Below are positions 25,993-35,300 of a stretch of DNA of 63,455 nt, in pieces; position 1 is the first letter of the stretch; each line of letters begins with the position of its first letter. The DNA lies in the IMG/VR virus record IMGVR_UViG_3300024974_000006, positions 1-63,455 of that record; one strand, 5' to 3'. The stretch comes from a virus (Duplodnaviria > Caudoviricetes). The notes under the pieces are model-generated. The model was given only the letters and a program-made list of their open reading frames with translations, searched no databases and was not told the DNA's origin. Made by a program: the position numbers and the translations under genes.

Positions 25993-27690
25993 TTGAGTAT
26001 CTATAAAGAATTAAGTGAAGAAAGAAAAGAACTTCAAGCTAAAGGAGAATTACCTAATTGGATAACTACTAACTCTTGGCAAATGTTAAAGAGTAAATAC
26101 TTAGATAAAGATGAGACTTTATTAAGTAGATTTGCTTCTATTAGTAATAGAGCTGCTAGTTATATGCCAGACAATATAAAACATGAATGGTTTGATAAGT
26201 TCTTTTTATTAATGTGGAATGGATGGCTAATTCCATCTACTCCAGTACTAGCTAATATGGGTAGAGATAAAGGATGCCAAGTCTCTTGCTCAGGAGGGTA
26301 CATTGGTGATTCAGTATATGATTTCTATAATGGACAAGTGGAAGCGGCTCTACTCTCGAAGAATGGATTTGGTACATCAGGATACCTTGGAGCTATTCGT
26401 CCAAGAGGCTCCGGTATTAATGGGATTCGTGGTAGTGCTTCTGGTGTTCTACCAGTATTTAAAGATTATATACAAGTTAGTAAAGACATCTCTCAAGGGT
26501 CTTCTAGAAGAGGTGCTTGGGCAGGATACTTAGAAATAGATCATCCAGATTTCTTAGAAATACTAAACTTTATCTCTAAGACACCTGATGATGCTAATGT
26601 AGGATGGATAATATCAGATAAGTTTATAGATAGACTTAATAATGGTGATTCTGACGCCATAGAACGTTACCAGAAGACTTTAAAGTTAAAGATGATTACT
26701 GGTAAGGGCTACTACTTCTTCATTGATAAGGTGAATAGATTAGCACCTTCTTGGTATAGAGAGCAAAATAGAAAAATAGTAGCTTCTAACCTTTGTACTG
26801 AGATAGCCCTTCCATCTACCCTAGAGGAGACTTTTACCTGTGTACTCTCATCTAATAACTTATCTAAATGGGATGAATGGAAATCAAAAAATGTTTTCTT
26901 TGATTCTCTTGTATTTCTCCATTGTGTGGCTTTGGACTTTATTAATAATGGTTCAAACATTCTCGGACTTGAAAAAGCTATTAATTTTACTAGGAACCAT
27001 ATGGCTCTTGGTCTGGGTACTCTTGGATACCATACCTATCTTCAAGATAACCTAATACCTTATGAGTCTCTAACAGCTCATCTGTGGAATGTAGAAGTTT
27101 ATAGACAAATGCACTCAGAGACACTGGATGCTTCTCAATGGTTAGCAACTATATTTGGAGAAGCCCCTATCACTCAAGGTTATGGAGTAGCTAATGCAAC
27201 TCGTATAGCTATCGCACCTAATCTATCTTCGGCTCTATATGCTGGTGGGGTCTCTCAAGGGATAGAACCTATCTATAAGAATGTGTATATTCAAGGAAGT
27301 GCTGCTGGAGAAATGGATAGAGTTAATCCATCTCTATTAAAGATAATGAGAGAGAGAGGAAAGTACTCTAAGAAAACTTTAGATAATATTATAAAAGATA
27401 AAGGCTCTGTTAGAAACGTAGACTGGTTGAGTAATGAAGAGAAAGAAGTTTTTAAGACAGCCTTTGAAATAGATCAAAGGGTAATCCTAAGAGCAGCATC
27501 AACTAGACAAAGATTTATTGATCAGGCTCAATCAATTAATTTATTCTTTTCAGCAGATGAAAGTGAAGAGTATATTTCAGAGGTACATAAAATAGCATTT
27601 GAAGATAAATATATAAAATCATTGTATTATATTCGTAGTGAAACGGGAGTGGTATCCCATAAAGGTGAGTGTGTAGCATGTGGAAGTTAA
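25993..27690 (+). CDS. nrdA: Ribonucleotide reductase class I alpha subunit (short, no evident ATP cone)
   Basis: PSTPVLAN, VSC, SNLCTEI, TCVLSS, AIAP, DQAQS, SLYY motifs and C-terminal CVAC. Confidence 0.93.
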   Translation: MSIYKELSEERKELQAKGELPNWITTNSWQMLKSKYLDKDETLLSRFASISNRAASYMPDNIKHEWFDKFFLLMWNGWLIPSTPVLANMGRDKGCQVSCSGGYIGDSVYDFYNGQVEAALLSKNGFGTSGYLGAIRPRGSGINGIRGSASGVLPVFKDYIQVSKDISQGSSRRGAWAGYLEIDHPDFLEILNFISKTPDDANVGWIISDKFIDRLNNGDSDAIERYQKTLKLKMITGKGYYFFIDKVNRLAPSWYREQNRKIVASNLCTEIALPSTLEETFTCVLSSNNLSKWDEWKSKNVFFDSLVFLHCVALDFINNGSNILGLEKAINFTRNHMALGLGTLGYHTYLQDNLIPYESLTAHLWNVEVYRQMHSETLDASQWLATIFGEAPITQGYGVANATRIAIAPNLSSALYAGGVSQGIEPIYKNVYIQGSAAGEMDRVNPSLLKIMRERGKYSKKTLDNIIKDKGSVRNVDWLSNEEKEVFKTAFEIDQRVILRAASTRQRFIDQAQSINLFFSADESEEYISEVHKIAFEDKYIKSLYYIRSETGVVSHKGECVACGS

Positions 27691-27941
27691 TAGTATTAGT
27701 AGTGCTCTTATCAGGTTGTTCATATATTACTTATGAGGGTAAACCAGATGGAAGTACAGTTGTAAAAGGATGGGAAATAGGATCAACTACAGCTCTCTCA
27801 GGGGCTGATTTTAGTACTACTGGAACAAGTAGATCACTTAAGATAGATTCGTTTAATAAGGATCAAGTAGAAGGCTTAAAACAAGTTAATCAAGGTTTAT
27901 CATTAATCGTAGAAGGCGCTGCTAAAGGGGCATTGAAATGA
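27678..27941 (+). CDS. Lipoprotein
   Basis: MWKLIVLVVLLSGC lipobox. Confidence 0.75.
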   Translation: MWKLIVLVVLLSGCSYITYEGKPDGSTVVKGWEIGSTTALSGADFSTTGTSRSLKIDSFNKDQVEGLKQVNQGLSLIVEGAAKGALK

Positions 27942-28189
27942 AAAAGTTAGTATTACTATTTTTACTATTTACTACGCAAGTAATAGCAGAAGATTTAGAT
28001 AAAAGGCATGATGGCTCTGTATTCTCATGTAATGAGATTAGGGCTGATTATGTAACTTCAGGTAAAGAAGTGTTCTTTAAAGAATATCAAGAGTGGTGCA
28101 AAGGAAGTAAATTATATCCGCAGGAAGAGTTAAGTAGAGGTGAGGTAAACCCTACTGGTAATTTCATTGAATTAAGAAAGCAGTTATGA
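27938..28189 (+). CDS. Secreted protein
   Basis: Signal peptide MKKLVLLFLLFTTQVIA. Confidence 0.65.
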   Translation: MKKLVLLFLLFTTQVIAEDLDKRHDGSVFSCNEIRADYVTSGKEVFFKEYQEWCKGSKLYPQEELSRGEVNPTGNFIELRKQL

Positions 28190-28340
28190 TTGCTAAATTA
28201 TTTAAAGTATTAGGATGGATAGTTCTAGCACTTACCTTTTTATTCTGGGTAGAGATTGAGATGCAATCCCAAAATCCATGTAGTGTATGGGCTAAACATC
28301 CAAATGAATGTAGTTCAAACCATTATCCAAATATTAAATA

Positions 28341-28985
28341 ATGCCTAGAAGACTTAAGTTTTCAGGAATGAAGAGGAGGGGGGTAGTAAGTCAACTCCCT
28401 CCTGAAGGTACAGATGAGGAACTAATGGAAGCTTTTAATGTAGCTGAATCTTATCTTTATAAGATCTTATCTTATGCAGATAAGGAGGAAGTAATACCTA
28501 AAGAAGAGCTAGATAAAGAAAGAAGAATATTTCAGTTTGTAAAACAAGGACCAAAGGCAGCATCATTTAGATTTACTAAACATGGCAAACTTACATCTGC
28601 TGATGTTCTTTATTTCTTATCTACTACTCAATCAGCAGATAGACTGTCCGAGACCTATGGTGTATCTGCTACTAAAATAAGAGCTATTAGAAGAGGAGAT
28701 AGCCCAGACTGGCATTGGGAGTATTTATTTGTTAGAAGATTAAAAGCTATCCTTAAAGGAATAGCAATTAAATCAGATGCAACAGAATTTAGGACTCACA
28801 GAATATATTCTATATCTCATAGAACTACTCCTAGTAATATTGAAATATTATATTATACTACTTCTCTTCTTAAAGCTAAGAAATTAAGACAAGGTATTAT
28901 AAAAGAAAAGGAATATGATAAGATGGTCAAGGAAGGAACTTTAGATATAATCTATCCTATAGATAGAATATTAGTAATGAAGTAA
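28341..28985 (+). CDS. Putative HTH DNA-binding protein
   Basis: SADRLSETYGVSATKIRAIRRG is helix-turn-helix-like. Confidence 0.55.
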   Translation: MPRRLKFSGMKRRGVVSQLPPEGTDEELMEAFNVAESYLYKILSYADKEEVIPKEELDKERRIFQFVKQGPKAASFRFTKHGKLTSADVLYFLSTTQSADRLSETYGVSATKIRAIRRGDSPDWHWEYLFVRRLKAILKGIAIKSDATEFRTHRIYSISHRTTPSNIEILYYTTSLLKAKKLRQGIIKEKEYDKMVKEGTLDIIYPIDRILVMK

Positions 28986-28991
28986 ATAATT

Positions 28992-29213
28992 ATGCAACCT
29001 ATTAAGAAATATGCTAAAGATGATAATGATCCACTATGGGAGAGTGAGGATGGATGGTTAGTTAATGTTAAAGATTATGAAGTACTAGAATCAGAGTATA
29101 AAAGAGTATTAACTGAGTATAGTAAATTAGTTGAATCATATGTAGATATTAGGTCTAAATACACTATGCTTATAGTTAAGTTAAAAGAGATGACTGATAT
29201 TATATCTAAGTAA
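28992..29213 (+). CDS. Hypothetical coiled-coil protein
   Basis: Last + strand gene of the arm. Confidence 0.6.
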   Translation: MQPIKKYAKDDNDPLWESEDGWLVNVKDYEVLESEYKRVLTEYSKLVESYVDIRSKYTMLIVKLKEMTDIISK

Positions 29214-29220
29214 TACTACT

Positions 29221-29271
29221 CTCCCTTCTGGGACAAGTGTATTATATCATACTTTCTTTCATTTGTCAATA
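29221..29271 (-). promoter_or_regulatory. Antisense sigma70 promoter cassette, copy 2
   Basis: - strand TTGACA (29269-29264), 17 bp, TATAAT (29246-29241). Confidence 0.85.
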
Positions 29272-29276
29272 CCCAC

Positions 29277-29318
29277 AAAAAAGCCCCTATAGGAATTAAT
29301 ACTCCTATAGGGGCTTTT
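29277..29318. terminator. Bidirectional rho-independent terminator between the two arms
   Basis: aaaagcccctatagga-attaatac-tcctataggggctttt. Confidence 0.92.
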
Positions 29319-29324
29319 ATTTGT

Positions 29325-32300
29325 TTAAAATTCTTCTTGCATTTGAGTTCTAATTAACTTAGATCTACTGTTAATATCTCTTAGTTTAGAAGCTCTGTCT
29401 TCAAATGATAAATTACGATCATGCACTACCTTACTTCTTAAAGTAGCCACTTCCTGTAATCTCTTCTGATAATATTTCTTTCTATTGTAATCCCCAGATT
29501 CACTCACACCAATAGCACCAAATCCAGTAATACCGGCTAATACCTGTCCAGGAGTAGATTTAATATCACCAAACCTATCTTTAGGTGGGGTATTAGTAAC
29601 AAAAGTATCAACCATCTTGCTAGCCCATCCATGGGATGAAAGCCAAGCAGGAGTCATAATGTTCATAGAAAACAACATCAATTCAGAGAGTTGTTGACTT
29701 CCAGAAGCTCCAGGGGTCATAATGTTCTTTCCAGTAAAACTATCCTTACCATTTAGCATTGCTGCAACAGCAGTAGGGGTAGGACCACCTAAGAATCCAA
29801 ACTCATTAAATACTGTGCCTACTGATTGAACACCAGTAGAAATAGGTGATTCCATCCCATCTTCTACATAATTCTCATGAACTTTTCTAGCAGCAGTTAC
29901 ATACTGACTCCAAGGAATCAGATAATCTAATGGTAGTATTTGAGGACGATTAGAACTATCTTTGAAAGGTAAGAAAGCAGTACCTGCATTATGTCTATAA
30001 TAATCTGGTAATCTTCTTTTAAACTTTCTAATATCTTCATCGTCCCAATCATTAGCCATTTGAGAGATCATAGTAAGTAAAGCCGGAAGAGTAGCATACT
30101 GAGCAAACTTTAATGGATGTTTAATCATAGCTCTTATAGCAGCTGGACCAGCCTTATAAGTAAAAGTTAAGAAAGGAGCACCAAAAGGTATCCTTCTCAA
30201 AGTCCTTACCCAACTATGTACTTGGGTATAATCGAATAAAGTTTCATTAGCATGATTAGCCGCTTTAGTCAATAGAACTTGCTTATGATTATTATCTAGA
30301 TCATCTAACTTCTTATTATTTTGAGTTTCCCAAGTTTGAATATAATCTCTAAAAGCAACTGTTTTAAATGTGCCTTCAAGAAATGCAAACATCTTGGAAG
30401 TAGTAGCACTAGTTTTATGACCAGCCATTTTTAACATAGCCATAACTCTTTCATCAGTAAAATGAAGAATATCATCTAAACTAGTAGATTTTCTTTGAGC
30501 ATAAGCAGCTTGAGCAGCTTCTAATTCATCACCATATTGACTATAAATATCTTGCAGTTCTACGGCACTAAAAGTAGTACCAAATAATCCATAATCATTA
30601 GCCATCTTCCAGTAACTACTTTGCTGTCCATTTTTAGCTTTAATTAACTCATCAGTGAGCATCCCAATCAATTTAACTTTAGATGTGCTAGTACCTAGAT
30701 CTAACAGTGCAAAATTACCAAAGAAGTTTCTAACCCAACTAGCAGGATTCAACCCTACCATGCTAAGTTTCCAAAATCTATTAACTCTTTCTAGAGTACC
30801 ATTAGGAGCAAAGAATTTCTCAATGTTATCCTTATGTGCAGTATTATAAGGTGCTACAAATGACTCCAAATCATTAGCCACTTCCTTTCGTACATATTTA
30901 CCAGATAGAGCACCCATTTGTTTGTTCTTAGGGAGCCTAACATAGTTATCCTTTAAGAAAGCATCTTTATCATCAGAGGTTGTCTGTCCTATTTGTAGAG
31001 CATGTTCATGAGCATCAGTAATAATCTTATCTTCTATCTTCCTAATATCTTCTTCCAATTTTACTGTACTTTCTTTAAAAGCGTCGATAGATACTTTAGA
31101 ATTACTAAAGAAATTATTTTGATCTTCTTTATTTAACTCATTAATAATATATAAATTTTGTTCTAATTGCTCATACGCCTTATCTATACTTAGTCTATGT
31201 CCACTATATTTTATTTCAGCGTTATTAGTTAGTACCCAATAAGTACTATCTGTTTTAGACACTTTATTAATGGTATTAAACATCTCTAATAATAAGTGGT
31301 CTCTAGCCATAACTCCATAAGTCTCAGCGACTAAGAATCTAACATCCTTTATCTGTCCTAAAGCTAGCTTATCTAGTTCACTTCTCTCCTTCTTCTTTTT
31401 CATCCAAGAGAGGGCAGAAGGTCTTTTACCTGATCCTCTATAAGCTTTAACAAACTTTAAATATTGGACATGTAAGTAAGCATCTTCATTCTTCTCAAAC
31501 ACATTCTTATCTATTGCACCTAGATCGGATAGATACTTTCCTGTTTCTCTAATTGCAGTTTTAGCTTTAAGAATAACTTTCTTTTGGATGGCAGTTACAG
31601 GTAAGTCATCTACTTTAGCACCTTTAGTAATAAAATACTCTAACACCGCTTGGTTTTGTAATGGATCTAAGCCTTTTAAAGCATGGGAGAGGGCAGTAGT
31701 AGCCTCTTCTATATTAGCAATCTTACCTTTGGTAATATTAGCAATACCAGAATAAGCTTCTTCATATTGCATATCCCCGAAGACTCTCATAGATTTTAAG
31801 ATAGGAGTATGTTTAAGAGTATTATTAAACTTCTTATATGCCCTAGTAAATACATTATCTGATAATTCACCAAATCCACTTAAGAACACAGACCCAAAAG
31901 CTTTCTCATCTTCTAATAGACTATAAGGAGAGTATTGATGAATAATCTGTTCTGGAGGTAATTGAGTGTCACCAATAGAGTAAGATTGATTTCCATCCCT
32001 AACATCACTATTAACTTCAGCACTCTCATTAGCAACAGTTGGAATCTTACCAAAAGGTTTATCTGAGAACCATTGTTCTGCTGGATTAATAGTATCAAAG
32101 ATACGATCAGTGGATTCAGCTATAGCACTTTCTAAATCTTCTCTAGTAAGAGTATCAAAACTATTACCATAATACCTTTTTAATAAGTGTTTAATCTTAC
32201 TAATAATATTATTTAACCAGTTCTCTCTATTCCTTCTAAGGTCAGTCCTTTTAGGACTTGATTTATCACCTAATCCAACTCTATTCTTAATAAACGTAGT

Positions 32301-35300
32301 ATCACTAATAAACTTAGCTTTTGCTAACTCAGCCATGTATTCATCAGCTAATTTGAGGGCTACACTTAGAGGTATAACCTTTTTTATTGCTTTACCATTA
32401 GTATCTACAGAATTAAATACTACTTTCTGATGAGAAGGGAGGTTATTAACTCTATCTATATAAGCCTGTTTCTTTTGAGTAGAGTTCATATTAGCAAAGC
32501 CGTCAATATTAACAGCCATCCATGAGTATAGATAGGAGTCCCACCCAGTCATAGTAGCCATAATATCATCTTTTAGTTTACCACCATCCTTGTTATTAAG
32601 CATGGATAATAAAAACTCATCGTACTTATTCTCAATAATTAAGTTACCATCCCTGTCCATTACCTCAACATCAAATAAAGCTCTAACACCATAATGACCA
32701 ACTAGCTCATGAGCAATAGTCCCAACCATATTCATAGGATTAGGGAATCTAGCACCATTGATATAAATATGAGTAGTGCCATCAGCTAACTTCTTATGTA
32801 CACCATTAGCATACATTAGATCTGTAGAATGAGCGATAGGAGTCTTAGACCAATCTTTAGTAGCAAAATCTTCTACATATTCAAATGTTAATCCATTACC
32901 TAATAAAATTTGATTCAACCCATTTTTGATTTTAGTAAATATATCAAAGTTGGCAGCATGATTAATAACTATTTTAGTAGGCTTTCTCCAAGCATCCTTA
33001 TCAGAAATATCTAGTCTTAAAGTCTGAACTTCACCTTCACTATCTACTTCATCCCTAGTCTCCATGTCTGAGGCTCTAATTCTTGTTTTAACTACGTCCT
33101 TCCTTTCAACAACAACTATAGCATCTCGTCTAGAAGCTAATACTCCTCTCTCTAATCTAAGCTCATTTAATAGTTCTTTATCAGGATCAGCAGCTCCTTT
33201 TTCATAAGCAATCTGTTTGTCTATAGCATCTATAGATGCTAATAGATTAGCATATTCCTCATCTTGTTCTGGAGTTAATTCTGTAGAAGCTTCTTTAGCT
33301 TTATTAGTAGCTTTATTAATCTCATTAATAATTGCTTGATCTATAATAGAATCATCTACTACAGTCTCCTCATCACTAACTAAGTCATCTAGTACTTTTG
33401 GAACATACTCAGTAGAGTCTTCTTCTACATCATTAATAACTGTCTGAGGAGGAAGGTTTTCTTCAAATACTTCTTTAGCTACTTCTATATCAACTTGATC
33501 TTCTACATTATCTATAGCAACTAATGCTTCATTAATAGTATTATTTTTCTTTATTACATCTTTAACTTCTAAGACTTTAGCAGGTAGATTGATAATAGAT
33601 TTAATAGGGATAGATACTGTCTTATACCCTTTGCTTCCATTAGCGTTGGTATACTCTATCATGACATCAGCTTTCTGAGCTTGTTTAGATGGAGTTTTTA
33701 CTACTACTGCCTTAATAGATTTTTGTTCTTCTGGAGTTAGTTTATTAGTTAAAATACTAAGTCCATAAGGATCATTTTCAGTTGGTAGATTAGAAGCATC
33801 AAAAGTTATCTCTTGTTGTTTAACTAAGTTATGAGTGGGCTCTTTAACTACCTTCTTTGCTTTAGGAGCAGCTTTCTTTTCAGGTGTAACTTTAGTTGTA
33901 GGAACTTTAGTTTTTAAATGGGCTTCTAATTCAGCTTCTAACTTTACAATCTCAGCAGCTCTATCCCTAAATCCATGTGTATCCTCACCAGCTTTCTTTT
34001 GATCAGCCATAGCTCTAAGCTCTTGAGTCTTAGTAGCTATTTGATCTCTTAGTTCTTTTGTCTTCCTGTCTTTTTCAATCTTCCCATTTTCTGATCCGCT
34101 TGTACGAACTCCTCCGCTACTTCCTGTGGTATCTTTACTTTCTTGGCGAACTTGGGATTGTGTGCTGCCGCTAACATTAGTCGTTGTTGGGCCTTTGATC
34201 TTGTTGGCATTTTGTTTCTGTGCCTCATCTATCTTATTTTGAATATAATCTGTAGCCTCTAAAGAATTAGAGATAGAAGAAGCCTCAATTACTATTTTTT
34301 GAGCCTCTACTTTAGATAAATCGCCATCTTTAACAGCGGCATCTAATTCATCTTTAGTAGACTGCATGTATCCTTTAACATCAGATCTTCTAGAATCTCT
34401 TGCATCTCTCTTTTGTAATTCAGGAATTAAATCATTATACTCTTTATTTTGATTAGTAAAATGTTCTATATTAGATTTTAATTCTTCTACATATTGTTTA
34501 GAATTCTTATCTGTGCTTCCTTCAAATAAAGATAATTCTGCTTTAAGACCCTCTAATTCTCTAGTATTCTTAGATATTTTTTCTTGTACTAACGCTTCTC
34601 TAGTTTTAGTTTTAAAGAGAGTACCCTGAATATTTATAGGTGCTTTTCTATTCTCTATAGATTCTATTTCTTCTAGTAAAGAATTATTTTCTACTTTAGT
34701 AGATTTCTCTGTAGATTTCTCTTTTTGAGAAGGTATAACTTCTGTAGGTACTGCTTCTTTTGATTTAGGTTTATCAGTTAAAAGATTAACTGGAGCTAAA
34801 CCACTAACTTGCTTACCATTCTTTTGATAAGTAAAATCAGCGGTGCCATCTGGATTAATAGAAGTAATATTAACTTCACCAAATCTAGGATGATAAGCTA
34901 TGGTTGGTTCTTTAATAGCTTCAGGGGCTTTAGGAACCTCTGGGGTAGCTTCAGGGGCTTTAGGAACCTCTTGGATAGCTTCAGGGGCTTTAGGAACCTC
35001 TGGGGTAGCTTCAGGGGCTTTAGGAACCTCTGGGATAGCTTCAGGGGCTTTAGGAACCTCTGGGGTAGCTTCAGGGGCTTTAGGAACCTCTGGGGTAGCT
35101 TTAGAAGAAGTAGCCTTAAGCTCTTCTTCAGGTGTTAACTTATTATCAGAAGCAACACTACTATCAGCACTCTCCTGTCCAACTTTAACTGCGTTATTCT
35201 TTTCTTCTTGTAAAGATTTAGAAATAGCTTCAGTCCTTGCTCTACTTTCATGGGCAGAGGTAATATCCTTAATAGCTTGTTCAGCTTCCTGTTTAATAAT

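Noticed and set aside
34916-35102. CRISPR-like array
   Set aside because: The repeats are contiguous with no spacers and are in-frame coding; there are no cas genes
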